A DNA stretch of 64,000 bases from Eledone cirrhosa. Its lineage: Eukaryota. The stretch spans positions 225,184,001-225,248,000 of the forward strand of contig OZ024743.1 in the NCBI GenBank assembly GCA_964016885.1, given 5' to 3'. Below are positions 44,398 through 57,456 of this stretch, piece after piece. A program made the position numbers and the translations under genes. The notes under the pieces are model-generated. The model saw nothing but the letters and a program-made list of their open reading frames with translations. It ran no database searches and was not told where the DNA came from. Within the stretch, counting starts at the first letter, position 1. Each line of letters opens with the position of its first letter.

Positions 44398-47300
44398 ACC
44401 ATTATTATTATAAGCCAGAGCCCCCCCCCCCCCCCCGCATCACCATTATCATTATTACGCGGACCAATCATAAGCCAGAGGCCTATACTATCGCTTGCCC
44501 GGTTGCCTTCGATATATGATGGATGGATGGATGGATGGACGGACTGCGGAATCCTGGAGAGTGGAAGGGAGAGAAAAATCTGGACGCTCAGAGAGAAAAT
44601 GCCAAAGTTAAAGTCAAATTCACCTCGTGGACGAGAATGCGAGCACTCCTCTTTGTTTCGTCCGCGGATGGCTAACATAACCCCATCTCCCCCCGCCCCC
44701 CACCACCCCCACCCTCCAAACGCAATCCAAAACTTCAGAGTTGGTACCATAAATGTAGGCACCCTAAAGGGTCGCGCTAACGAGGTTGTAGAAATGCTTG
44801 AACGTAAGGAGGTCGATGTTTGTTGTATTCAAGAGACCAGGTGGAGGGGTGGGTCTGCTAGATTCATTGAGCGTAAAAAACGATGTTATAAGCTTTTCTG
44901 GGTGGGAAACGACGATGGGCTGGGTGGAGTAGGAATCATGGTAGCAGAAAAGTGGGCAGATAAGATAATAGACGTAAATAGAGTGAACGACAGAATAATT
45001 AAAATAAGACTTGTCCTCAATAAAACTACGGTGACAGTAATATCTGCGTACGCACCCCAATCCGGACTGCCCGGCGCTATAAAAGACAGATTCTATGAGA
45101 CACTGATGCTCGCTACCTCCCAAATAACCGACAGTGACTATATAATTATTGCAGGCGACCTAAATGGTCACGTTCGACAACATTGTGACGGCTACGACGA
45201 AATCCATGGAGGCTATGGGTTTGGTACTAGAAATGAGGAAGGCTCCAGAATCCTGGAATTCTGTGATGCAAATAACCTAACTATCTGTAACACTAACTTC
45301 AAAAAACGTGACAATCACCTGATCACCTATAGATCCGGGGAACACACAAGCCAGGTAGATTATATCCTTACCAGAAGACGTGACAGAGTGTCTGTTGTAA
45401 ACACTAAATCCCTCCCCCATGAAGAATGCACCTCCCAACATAGACTGATAATTAGCGACCTCATAGTCAGGACGAGACGTACTCGACAGCAGAAGAGGAC
45501 TATCCTCAGGAGGAAAATATGGAAGCTAAAGGACCCCACAGCCAGAAATAAATTTCAAAGCATATTACTTGATGCTTTCGACAGTAAGGAAGAGCATCTA
45601 GAGTCGGACAATATAGAGGGACAGTGGGAATTTCTGAAAGCAAACCTGCTGTTGGCGACAGACGAAGTCTGTGGCTGGAGCAGCCCTGTAGGCAGGAGGA
45701 GAGTAACTTGGTGGTGGAACAGTAAGGTGGAGGGGTCAATTAAGGCCAAAAAGCAGGCTTGGAATGTATGGCGGGATGGGGGAAGTAGAGTAGACTATCA
45801 AGTGGCCAGGAGGGAAGCTAGGAGACAAGTGTACTTAGCAAGAAGGGAAGCTGAGGAAAGAAAGTTCAAGCATGTTCTACAACGCGATGACCAAAAACGT
45901 GATGTGTTCAGGATTGCTAGGCAATGCGTCAAGGAAAACCGTGATATTGTCGGGGAGAAGTGTGTACTTAACGATGATGGCATACTTGCCATCACCGACA
46001 CTGATAAGAAGGTAGCTTGGAAGTGTCACTATGAAAGGCTACTAAATGAGGAGAATAAATGGGAGAAAGACAGTCTCTCCCATATCGACCCAATAGAGGG
46101 ACCAGCAGTGTTAGTCGAGGGGAGTATAATAAGTAAGGCAATCAAGGATATGAAGACGGGTAAGGCGGCTGGGCCTTCGGAAATAGTTGCTGAGATGCTG
46201 AAGGCATCTGGCACGGTGGGACACACCATGGTCACCCGCATAGTTAACCAAGTCGTACAGAATGGGGTTGTTCCGAAGGACTGGCATAGCAGCATCATCG
46301 TTAACTGTTATAAGGGTAAAGGAGACGCCCTAGATAGGAGTAACTATAGAGGCATTAAATTAATCGACCAGGTCATGAAGGTCACGGAAAAAGTAATAGC
46401 GCAACTAATCAGAGAGAGAATTGACCTAGATGAAATGCAGTTCGGGTTTGTGTCAGGCAAAAGTACCACAGACGCACTTTTCATAGTACGACAACTACAG
46501 GAGAAGTACCTAGCTAAAGGTAAACCCCTCTACTTAGCTTTTGTCGACCTGGAGAAAGCCTTCGACAGAGTCCCCCGCTCCATTATCTGGTGGGCTCTTA
46601 GAAAACTAGGCGTTGACGAATGGCTTGTGAGGGCTATACAAGCCATGTATAAAGAAACAGTCAGCAAGGTTAGAATTAACAACGAATATAGTGAAGAGTT
46701 TAGCGTAAAAGTTGGCGTCCATCAGGGCTCTGTTCTCAGCCCCCTACTATTTATTATTGCCCTTCAGGCTATAACAGAGGAGTTCAAGACAGGCTGCCCA
46801 TGGGAACTCCTATATGCAGACGACCTGACACTCATAGCGGAATCAATGGCCGAGCTAGAGAAGAAATTCCAAACATGGAAGCACGGCCTAGAGTCAAAAG
46901 GACTTAAAATTAACCTGGCTAAGACCAAAGTTCTAGTTTGTAGGAAAGAAAACAAGGCGGCGGTCCCTTCTGGGAAATGGTCGTGCTCAGTGTGTAGGAA
47001 AGGCGTAGGTAGAAACTCCATTTTATGTCCTAAATGCAAAGTATGGGTGCATAAAAGATGTAGTGGGACCACAGGTAAGCTAACTAAGAACATAGATTTT
47101 ACATGTGGCCGGTGTTCTGGTGCAATAAGTAGCAGCAAGTGCCCACAAAATACTAGCTCTTTCAATTGCGCAGAGGGTTCTATAGAAATAGTGGACAGCT
47201 TCCGTTACCTGGGCGATAAAATCAGCAGTGGGGGAGGGTGCTCTGAAAGTACTGTAGCTAGAGTCAGAACTGGTTGGAAAAAGTTCAGAGAGTTTATACC

Positions 47301-48177
47301 ACTATTAGCTGCTAAAGGGTTCTCCCTAAAAATGAAAGGCAGGTTGTACGATGCCTGCATACGAACAGCAATGTTGCATGGCAGTGAGACCTGGGCATTG
47401 TGTGCAGAGGATATACGCAGACTAGAGAGGAACGAAGCTTGCATGCTCCGCTGGATGTGTAACAGTAATATACGTGAACGGCAAAGCATAAACGAACTAA
47501 GGAAAAAATTAGAAATAAGAGGGATCAGATGTTGTTTACTCGAGAGAAGGCTACGTTGGTATGGACACGTGATGCGCATGAAAGTCGATAGCTGTATAAC
47601 AAAGTGCAGGGCAATAAAGATAGACGGTAGTCACGGAATAGGCAGACCTAGAAAAACCTGGGACGAGCTGATAAACTCCGACATCACACACTTACACCTC
47701 TCCAAGACAATGTCACTGGACCGAGACCTTTGGCGGTACTCAGTAACAGAGAAGACCCGCCTTACCTAAATATATATAGTAAAACCTACTCCAGCCAGTA
47801 GGCATCTCTAACAAAATACACCCCGTCCCACCACCACCACCCCCACCCCATCCAGACCACCCCGTTCTATGTAAAGTTATGTTGGTGCTGCACCATCCAG
47901 GCCGAAACAAATGAGATCGTGTAGGTGTCACGACAAAAAAACACACAGTCCACGCTGTAATGTGGCCGTGTATGCAACACGGTAAAAACCTCCCAGACCC
48001 ACACTGTAAATATGGTTGGTGTTAGGAAGGGCATCCAACTGTAGAAAACCTGCCAGACAGTCCTATGCGAGCAAGACAATCACTCTTGCCTCAAGTGGGA
48101 CTACCCCCGTCCAAACCCATGCAAGCGTGGAACACGGGACGTTAAACGTTGATGATGATGATGATGATGATGATGAT
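44398..48177 (+). mobile_element. ORF-intact RTE-clade LINE
   Basis: Single APE-RT ORF, ~400-nt 3' UTR, (GAT)n tail, TA tracts on both sides. Confidence 0.95.
44599..47769 (+). CDS. APE endonuclease + reverse transcriptase with PHD-type finger (~1056 aa; alternative ATGs at 44527 and 44668)
   Basis: [32 protein letters not shown]; [23 protein letters not shown]; WYGHV. Confidence 0.95.
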   Translation: MPKLKSNSPRGRECEHSSLFRPRMANITPSPPAPHHPHPPNAIQNFRVGTINVGTLKGRANEVVEMLERKEVDVCCIQETRWRGGSARFIERKKRCYKLFWVGNDDGLGGVGIMVAEKWADKIIDVNRVNDRIIKIRLVLNKTTVTVISAYAPQSGLPGAIKDRFYETLMLATSQITDSDYIIIAGDLNGHVRQHCDGYDEIHGGYGFGTRNEEGSRILEFCDANNLTICNTNFKKRDNHLITYRSGEHTSQVDYILTRRRDRVSVVNTKSLPHEECTSQHRLIISDLIVRTRRTRQQKRTILRRKIWKLKDPTARNKFQSILLDAFDSKEEHLESDNIEGQWEFLKANLLLATDEVCGWSSPVGRRRVTWWWNSKVEGSIKAKKQAWNVWRDGGSRVDYQVARREARRQVYLARREAEERKFKHVLQRDDQKRDVFRIARQCVKENRDIVGEKCVLNDDGILAITDTDKKVAWKCHYERLLNEENKWEKDSLSHIDPIEGPAVLVEGSIISKAIKDMKTGKAAGPSEIVAEMLKASGTVGHTMVTRIVNQVVQNGVVPKDWHSSIIVNCYKGKGDALDRSNYRGIKLIDQVMKVTEKVIAQLIRERIDLDEMQFGFVSGKSTTDALFIVRQLQEKYLAKGKPLYLAFVDLEKAFDRVPRSIIWWALRKLGVDEWLVRAIQAMYKETVSKVRINNEYSEEFSVKVGVHQGSVLSPLLFIIALQAITEEFKTGCPWELLYADDLTLIAESMAELEKKFQTWKHGLESKGLKINLAKTKVLVCRKENKAAVPSGKWSCSVCRKGVGRNSILCPKCKVWVHKRCSGTTGKLTKNIDFTCGRCSGAISSSKCPQNTSSFNCAEGSIEIVDSFRYLGDKISSGGGCSESTVARVRTGWKKFREFIPLLAAKGFSLKMKGRLYDACIRTAMLHGSETWALCAEDIRRLERNEACMLRWMCNSNIRERQSINELRKKLEIRGIRCCLLERRLRWYGHVMRMKVDSCITKCRAIKIDGSHGIGRPRKTWDELINSDITHLHLSKTMSLDRDLWRYSVTEKTRLT

Positions 48178-49318
<1,141 letters not shown>

Positions 49319-49319
49319 G

Positions 49320-49702
49320 ATCCACAAACAGCCACCACCATAATACATACTCTAATTTAACACCAACACAACCACCAATAACTCAAACAAGGAATCCACA
49401 AATCTGCCGCTTTTCCCTGCGAGACAGATTGTGTTTAGACCAGGATTGTCCCTTTACCCATCTCCCGGGGGCCCCGTCGGACAAATGAAAATAAAATTAA
49501 AAATAAAAGCAAAAACAAAAACCATAACCTACATAAAAATAACCACTACCACAGTCACCAACAGTCTTCTAAACAGGAAACTTCTTCCTCTTTTTTAGCC
49601 ATAATGAATCTGGCAAAAGAACTGGAAAAAAACATTCGAGCTATCACCCAGCACCACCCTCCACTATCACCCCACTGCACAAACTCCCATTGCTGCCATT
49701 AA
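49320..49702 (+). pseudogene. 3' remnant of LINE ORF1 with CCCH zinc finger
   Basis: ICRFSLRDRLCLDQDCPFTH at 49402-49461; apparent 1-nt insertion near 49472, then open frame to TAA at 49700. Confidence 0.6.
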
Positions 49703-52700
49703 CAAACAAACAAATTAACAACACACCAAAACAATTAAAACCATCCACTCTCGCCTCTACATTTTTGCTTAACGCCCAAGGCATCAGCCCTTCCACCAAT
49801 ACTCAAAAATGGAAGATCAAATTCCTGGAGGACTGGATTGATGACCATCCAAACCACATCCCTTTCTTCGTCCTCACTGAAACCCATCTCAGTAACCTCC
49901 ACTTGGAAGCCGAGGTGAAAGTGAAAAATTTCAAAGCCATCCGTGCTGATCGCACTGGCAGAAGAAAGGGCGGGACTGCCATTTATGTCCATAATTCTTT
50001 CTCAACAGAGGCTATGAACATATTCACTAATGGATACTGCGAAGCAGTCACTGTATTCAGTCAAACCAACAACCTAATAGTAGTTGGGCTCTATAGGCCA
50101 CCCCAAACGCCTGTCCCATGCTTCAAGGAATGCCTCAACAGCATAAAGTGTTTCATCCAAGAGTGTCACCCTGACAACATCTTAATGATGGGGGACTTCA
50201 ACCTCCCCGGAGTTGACTGGTCCACAAACAGCCTGCCACCAGGTTCTTTTGCCTCAACCTCTGACAGGGAAGCAGTGGAATCGCTTCTTGACTTCATGGA
50301 TGATTTCTTCCTATCCCAACTGGTGCTCGAACCAACGAGGTGCCACAAAAACGTCCTAGACTTAATTTTCAGCAATCACACTGACAATATCCACAATATT
50401 GCAGTGGAGAAAACTTTACTCTCTGAGCATGACATGGTTCTCTGTGATCTGAGATCCCACCGTCCAATATACAAACCCAATGTTATCTCTCCTGTCCATC
50501 TGTTTGACGCTATGGATTTCCACAATGCAAACTGGGAAGCGATCAGTCATGATCTTGCACATGTCGACTGGTCCTTCACGTTCACGCACACTCATACACC
50601 CACTAACATCAAAAAGTCCTGGCAGACATTTGTGGACACTGTTACAAACATATGTGCAAAACACACCCCATTAAGAACTATAAACAAATCTAAGAGCAGA
50701 ATCCCTAGAAATAGAAAAACGCTCATCAGAAAAATTAAGAGAACGAACAAAAAAATCAACAAGCTGAAATACTGTCAGCAGCAACATATCAACTTGACTG
50801 CCATTTCATCACTAGAGATTAAAAAACATAACCTCCAAAACAACATAATGTCTCTCATCAACAATCAGAGAAGAGCTGAAGAGGCCTGGGCCATTGAGAA
50901 GATCAAACTCAATCCCAAAGTGTTCTTTTCATTTGCAAAAAAACACAAAATCACTGGCTCTACTGTTGGCCCTCTAATTGATGAAAATGGCACTCTTCAA
51001 GACAATGCTAAAACCATGGGTGAGATACTGCAGAAACAATACTGCTCTGTTTTCAGCAATCTTGATATGGCCGATCTGGGCTGTATCGGCGATGTTACTC
51101 CCCATTACACCTTATCGGACATAATGTTTGGCGCCCCTGATGTCTTAGCGGCAATAAAGGAAATGAAGCATAATTCAGCAGTAGGTCCCGATAGGTTCCC
51201 TGCTTGTGTCTTGAGGGCGTGTCAACACCAACTTGCATCTCCTCTTGCCAATCTGTGGCAGAACTCACTGGATGCTGGATATGTGCCAGAAAACCTTCTA
51301 TCCCAGTCTGTTGTCCCAGTTTTCAAAAAAGGAAACAAATCCCTTGTCGTGAATTACCGTCCAATCTCACTCACCTCTCATATCATTAAGGTGTTTGAGA
51401 GAGTGGTGAGATCGCGAATGACCCACTTCCTTGAGAGTAACAATATGCTGAACTCCAACCAGCATGGATTCCATAATGGAAGGGATTGCCTGACGCAGCT
51501 ACTGCATCACTTTGATGACATTTTGAGAGCCTTGGGAGAGGGTTCCAACACTGATGTTATCTACCTTGATTTCAGCAAGGCCTTTGACAGGGTTGATCAT
51601 AACATTCTACTGAGAAAACTGTCCAATATTGGTGTCACTGGAAAGCTGCTGCAGTGGATCAAGAGCTTCCTGTCAAACAGAACCCAACATGTTGTAGTTG
51701 AAGGAGTCAAATCCAGCCCAGCCAAAGTCAGTAGTGGGGTCCCACAAGGCACTGTGTTGGGCCCACTTCTCTTCATCATCTATATTAATGACATCACTGA
51801 CATCATCAAACACAGCAACATTAAAATTTTCGCTGATGATTCCAAGCTCCAAAAGGTCATCAATGGCGTGGATGACCGGATAAGCCTTCAGTCAGACCTA
51901 CTGGCTGTTACCCAATGGGCGGAAAAGAACAACATGTTACTGAACGAAGACAAATTCGAACTGATCCACTTTGGAAAAGAGGATGCTCTGAAACTCCCGT
52001 ACTCCCTTCCCTCCGGGGAAACTCTCGTGGCATCTAACAACATCAGAGACTTGGGAGTAACCGTGGACAGCAACATAAGCTGGGCCACGCATATAAGCAG
52101 CAAAGTTGACATGGCCCGCAGAATGTGTTCCTGGATCCTCAGAACCTTCCAGTCGAGAGATTCCCACACCATTATCCTTCTCTTCTCTACTTTTGCCCGA
52201 CCACACCTTGAATACTGTTGTCCACTGTGGTCTCCCCACACGAAACAAAGTATCATGAAACTTGCAGCTCCTCAAAGGGCAATCACGAAAAAGATAGATG
52301 GCATGTCAGACCTTGACTACAGGGGTCGACTAGAAAAGCTGAAACTTTACTCACTCCAACGTCGCCGTGAGCGTTATATTATCTGCATGATGTGGAAAAT
52401 GTTCCATCATCACTGCCCAAATGATGTTGGCATCGCCTTCAAGATACACCCAGGGCTTGGGCCCCGTGCTATCTGTCCCATACAAAAATCTAAATCGCAA
52501 CTCATAACAACAATACGGCACAATTATTTCACCTCAATTGGCCCTGCTCTCTTTAACATCACACCAGGACACGTCAAAACAGAAACTGACCACACAAAAT
52601 TCAAGAAGTCTTTGGACAAATTCCTCCAAGTAATCCCGGACAAACCACCCACACCCGGATATGTCTCCGCAAACAGTAATTCTCTTCTCGAATGGGCCAT

Positions 52701-52716
52701 GGTGCCCAAATCCTGA
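49573..52716 (+). CDS. CR1-group LINE ORF2, APE + RT, uninterrupted; start uncertain
   Basis: LNAQGI, LTETHL, YRPP, GDFNLP, LDL, SEH; [32 protein letters not shown]; frame open from 49573. Confidence 0.93.
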   Translation, partial: TGNFFLFFSHNESGKRTGKKHSSYHPAPPSTITPLHKLPLLPLTNKQINNTPKQLKPSTLASTFLLNAQGISPSTNTQKWKIKFLEDWIDDHPNHIPFFVLTETHLSNLHLEAEVKVKNFKAIRADRTGRRKGGTAIYVHNSFSTEAMNIFTNGYCEAVTVFSQTNNLIVVGLYRPPQTPVPCFKECLNSIKCFIQECHPDNILMMGDFNLPGVDWSTNSLPPGSFASTSDREAVESLLDFMDDFFLSQLVLEPTRCHKNVLDLIFSNHTDNIHNIAVEKTLLSEHDMVLCDLRSHRPIYKPNVISPVHLFDAMDFHNANWEAISHDLAHVDWSFTFTHTHTPTNIKKSWQTFVDTVTNICAKHTPLRTINKSKSRIPRNRKTLIRKIKRTNKKINKLKYCQQQHINLTAISSLEIKKHNLQNNIMSLINNQRRAEEAWAIEKIKLNPKVFFSFAKKHKITGSTVGPLIDENGTLQDNAKTMGEILQKQYCSVFSNLDMADLGCIGDVTPHYTLSDIMFGAPDVLAAIKEMKHNSAVGPDRFPACVLRACQHQLASPLANLWQNSLDAGYVPENLLSQSVVPVFKKGNKSLVVNYRPISLTSHIIKVFERVVRSRMTHFLESNNMLNSNQHGFHNGRDCLTQLLHHFDDILRALGEGSNTDVIYLDFSKAFDRVDHNILLRKLSNIGVTGKLLQWIKSFLSNRTQHVVVEGVKSSPAKVSSGVPQGTVLGPLLFIIYINDITDIIKHSNIKIFADDSKLQKVINGVDDRISLQSDLLAVTQWAEKNNMLLNEDKFELIHFGKEDALKLPYSLPSGETLVASNNIRDLGVTVDSNISWATHISSKVDMARRMCSWILRTFQSRDSHTIILLFSTFARPHLEYCCPLWSPHTKQSIMKLAAPQRAITKKIDGMSDLDYRGRLEKLKLYSLQRRRERYIICMMWKMFHHHCPNDVGIAFKIHPGLGPRAICPIQKSKSQLITTIRHNYFTSIGPALFNITPGHVKTETDHTKFKKSLDKFLQVIPDKPPTPGYVSANSNSLLEWAMVPKS

Positions 52717-52800
52717 ATTGAAAGACTTCGCCAGGTGGTGCTATTAAGTTAGACATGGCCTGGGCCAATACTGGCCAAAACATTTCAAAGTTATTCAAAG

Positions 52801-52837
<37 letters not shown>

Positions 52838-52838
<1 letters not shown>

Positions 52839-53031
52839 CGAAGGAAATGTGGTAAGGAACCAGGTGGACCATAACGCACCAAAGTACTCAATACTTAGGG
52901 TAGTAGAGGGGGTAATAGGAACAAGTAAGACCCCGACGGCTGAGCTCAAGCCGTTTCGACGGGAAATTCTCGTACAGAATTAGCCGTCGAAACGGCTTGA
53001 GCTCAGCCGTCGGGGTCTTACTTGTTCCTAT
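52838..53031 (-). repeat. Foldback of a half-hammerhead (48-bp perfect arms 52915-52962 / 52984-53031)
   Basis: CCGTC-GAAACGGCT tgagctc AGCCGTC on both strands. Confidence 0.8.
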
Positions 53032-53049
53032 ATATATATATATATATAT

Positions 53050-53588
53050 ACTCAGTAATAGAGAAGACTCGCCTTACCTAAATACAAAGTAAAAACCTAC
53101 TACAGTCAGTAGGCATCTCTATCAAAACACACCCCCGTCCCACCACCTCCACCCCATCCACACCGCCCCTTTCAATGTAAAGTTATGTTGGTCCCACAAC
53201 ATCCAGGCCGAAACAAATGAGATCGTGTAGGTGTCACGACAAAAAAACACACAGTCCACGCTGTAAATGTGGCCGTGTAGGCAACATGGTAAAAACCTCC
53301 CAGCCCCACACTGTAAATGTGGTTGGTGTTAGGAAGGGCATCCAGCTGTAGAAAACCCGCCAGACAGTCCACGCTGTAATGTGGCCGTGTAGGCAACACG
53401 GTAAAAACCTCCCAGCCCCACACTGTAAATGTGGTTGGTGTTAGGAAGGGCATCCAACTGTAGAAAACCCGCCAGACAGTCCTATGCGAGCAAGACAACC
53501 ACTCTTGCCTCAAGTGGGAAAACCCCCGTCCAAACCCATGCAACCGTGGAACACGGACGCTAAACCTGATGATGATGATGATGATGAT
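53050..53588 (+). mobile_element. RTE 3' end with internal ~116-bp duplication
   Basis: Matches 47738-48177; (GAT)n tail. Confidence 0.9.
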
Positions 53589-53596
53589 ATATATAC

Positions 53597-53645
<49 letters not shown>

Positions 53646-53683
53646 TACATATATATACATATATACATATATATATATCTATG

Positions 53684-53715
<32 letters not shown>

Positions 53716-53724
53716 TACATATAT

Positions 53725-53849
<125 letters not shown>

Positions 53850-53860
53850 TACATATATAT

Positions 53861-56800
53861 GTAGGAGGTGAGTTTTATTGTAGTACAATAAAGCAATGCA
53901 GATATCGGATAAGAAGCACTCTACAGTTTGTAGGACTGGAGTATACATAATATAAGATCAAAAGATGGTTAAAGGAGTTCCATGTATTTTATTATGCGCA
54001 TTTCAAAAACAAACATCATCATGCAACAATATTTGTGTTTTCATCAGATAAAACAGGAGAACATGATATGAAGGCCAAAAAACACTTGTGGGTAGTGTAG
54101 TTTTAAATCAACATATGAAAAGTGGTTTTAGATTGATGTATGATATTGGGAAAAATATTTTATTTAGAGAGGGGGGGGGTGGAAAGGATGAATAGGGAAG
54201 GAGATGAGAGGGAGAGATGGGTGATAGAGAGAAAGAGACAGTTTTTATAACTGAGAGGAGATATATTGTTTTACATAGAGAGGTTGAAAACCGTTGGAAG
54301 ATAATGTATAAATTAAAAATTTTGAAAAATTAACGAAGGGAGGATATGTGCGAGGAAAAAATATTTTATTTAGGGAGGGGGGGTGGAAAGGATGAAAAAA
54401 AGGGGGAGGAGATGAGAGTGAAGGTGGAGAGGGAGAGATGGGTGATAGAGAGAAAGAGATAGTTTTTATAACTGAGAAAAAGATATATTGTTTTACATAG
54501 AGAGGATGGGAACCGTTGGAAGATAATGTATAAATTAAAGGAATTTGAAAATTAACGAAGGGAATTTATGTATGAAGATAGAGAGAAAAAAATTTATGTA
54601 TGAAGATAGAGAGAAAAAATAATAATTGTGGATGAATATTCTAACGTCAAAAAAAGAAATGTATGTATTGTGGCAATTTCAAAATTAACGAAGAGAAAAA
54701 TTATTAAGGTTTGTGTGTAGAAGGATTTGAGAAAAATAATGTGAAGTTAAAGTTTGTATATTGAAGGAATTGATAATATATGCGAATAAAGAGTTAATAT
54801 GTATTAAGAATGAGTTCGTTGATGGGGAGAAAAAAATAATAAATTAAGGATGAAATTGAGATTAAAAAGATTTATGATAGAGAGAAAAAATAATAATGAT
54901 TGCGGATGAATATTCTAACGTCAAAACAACAAATGTATATGTTATGATTTTACAAGGTGAAGATAGAATGAGGGTAATGAGTAAACAAGTATTATAGAGT
55001 GTATAATGCCCTTTAAAGTAAGGTAGATGGGTATATTTTAAAGAGGTGTATGTATATGTGCCTTTGAGAAAAGATTCTAAATTGATAAAGAATTGAATAT
55101 TAACTGTATACTTTGTGAAAAGTTCTATGGAATTTATGCAGGCAGATAGAAAACAAATCTGTACGTCTATTTATTATAGAATCTAGGTTAGAGATAATGG
55201 TAAATTTTTTCATTTAGGCAGAGATTACAGATTTTAGATAGAGAGCTGTTCAAGTAAATGAGGATGCAGAAGAAATCTTCTTCCAAAAGATGGTATATTT
55301 AATGTTTTTGTCTTTTAAGGACCATATGAGTTCTGAGAGAGCAGTGTTGGTTCTTTTAAGTTTGTATTTGAAAGATGAATGATGATTATAGAGACGAGCT
55401 TTAAAAGAGGTGGAAGTGGAGCCAAAATAGGTGAAGGAATTGGTGCTAGTTATAATTTTACATTCATAAATTAAGTTTTTATCGAGACAATGGTTGTTGA
55501 GAGGACATTTATTTTTAATGCGGCAGTTGCAATTAGAGAGATTATTAATGAGTGATCTAGTGTTATCTATAGAAGGAATTGGATTGGAGAAGTTGTTTGC
55601 GATAGGAATAATAGGAATAATAGTTTCTTGATTTAGAGTTGTATTATGAACATTTAGCGAAGTTGTGTTTGACGTTGTATTTGGGTTTACAGAAGTTAGC
55701 CTAGGGTTTACAATGACGTCGGGAGTACTATTACTGTTATTATGAAATTCAATATTGGAAGGAAGGTATTTAGTATTTTATTGTTGTGTTTAGAGATGAT
55801 GTTGGAAATATTGGAGGATGTAGAATACGAAAATTTGATGGTGTGTTTGTTAAATATTTTACTATAGATATGTGAGGGAGGGAAGCATTTATTTAAGGCA
55901 CTAAAAAACATTAAATATACCATCTTTTGGAAGAAGATTTCTTCTGCATCCTCATTTACTTGAACAGCTCTCTATCTAAAATCTGTAATCTCTGCCTAAA
56001 TGAAAAAATTTACCATTATCTCTAACCTAGATTCTATAATAAATAGACGTACAGATTTGTTTTCTATCTGCCTGCATAAATTCCATAGAACTTTTCACAA
56101 AGTATACAGTTAATATTCAATTCTTTATCAATTTAGAATCTTTTCTCAAAGGCACATATACATACACCTCTTTAAAATATACCCATCTACCTTACTTTAA
56201 AGGGCATTATACACTCTATAATACTTGTTTACTCATTACCCTCATTCTATCTTCACCTTGTAAAATCATAACATATACATTTGTTGTTTTGACGTTAGAA
56301 TATTCATCCGCAATCATTATTATTTTTTCTCTCTATCATAAATCTTTTTAATCTCAATTTCATCCTTAATTTATTATTTTTTTCTCCCCATCAACGAACT
56401 CATTCTTAATACATATTAACTCTTTATTCGCATATATTATCAATTCCTTCAATATACAAACTTTAACTTCACATTATTTTTCTCAAATCCTTCTACACAC
56501 AAACCTTAATAGTTTTTCTCTTCGTTAATTTTGAAATTGCCACAATACATACATTTCTTTTTTTGACGTTAGAATATTCATCCACAATTATTATTTTTTC
56601 TCTCTATCTTCATACATAAATTTTTTTCTCTCTATCTTCATACATAAATTCCCTTCGTTAATTTTCAAATTCCTTTAATTTATACATTATCTTCCAACGG
56701 TTCCCATCCTCTCTATGTAAAACAATATATCTTTTTCTCAGTTATAAAAACTATCTCTTTCTCTCTATCACCCATCTCTCCCTCTCCACCTTCACTCTCA

Positions 56801-57152
56801 TCTCCTCCCCCTTTTTTTCATCCTTTCCACCCCCCCTCCCTAAATAAAATATTTTTTCCTCGCACATATCCTCCCTTCGTTAATTTTTCAAAATTTTTAA
56901 TTTATACATTATCTTCCAACGGTTTTCAACCTCTCTATGTAAAACAATATATCTCCTCTCAGTTATAAAAACTATCTCTTTCTCTCTATCACCCATCTCT
57001 CCCTCTCATCTCCTTCCCTTTTCATCCTTTCCACCCCCCCCCCTCTCTAAATAAAATATTTTTCCCAATATCACACATCAATCTAAAACCACTTTTCATA
57101 TGTTGATTTAAAACTACACTACCCACAAGTGTTTTTTGGCCTTCATATCATG
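53861..57152. mobile_element. PLE family A copy: minus-strand body (53861-55907) joined to an inverted arm (55903-57152)
   Basis: Homology to 39228-41173 on both strands; indels disrupt the ORF. Confidence 0.92.
53977..54062 (-). ncRNA. Type I hammerhead (family A)
   Basis: Reverse complement of 37356-37441 with one stem II change. Confidence 0.85.
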
Positions 57153-57251
57153 TATATATATACATAGATATATATATACATAGATATATATATACATAGA
57201 TATATATATACATAGATATATATATACATAGATATATATATACATAGATAT

Positions 57252-57357
57252 AGTAATAATAATAAATTTGAAGACTAAAATCCAAAGAGGGATAAATATA
57301 TATCAAATATATAGGAACCGTAGAGCAAATATTTAATTTAATCTGTTATTTTAATAA

Positions 57358-57360
<3 letters not shown>
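57252..57360 (+). mobile_element. Internally deleted remnant of the PLE family B arm
   Basis: Joins pieces matching ~23818-23902 and ~24463-24485. Confidence 0.7.
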
Positions 57361-57412
<52 letters not shown>

Positions 57413-57456
57413 TATACATACATATATATATATATATATATACACACTTATAATAA

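Noticed and set aside
45506-47579. Antisense ORFs over the RTE and CR1 coding regions
   Set aside because: Shadow frames of the real LINE ORFs
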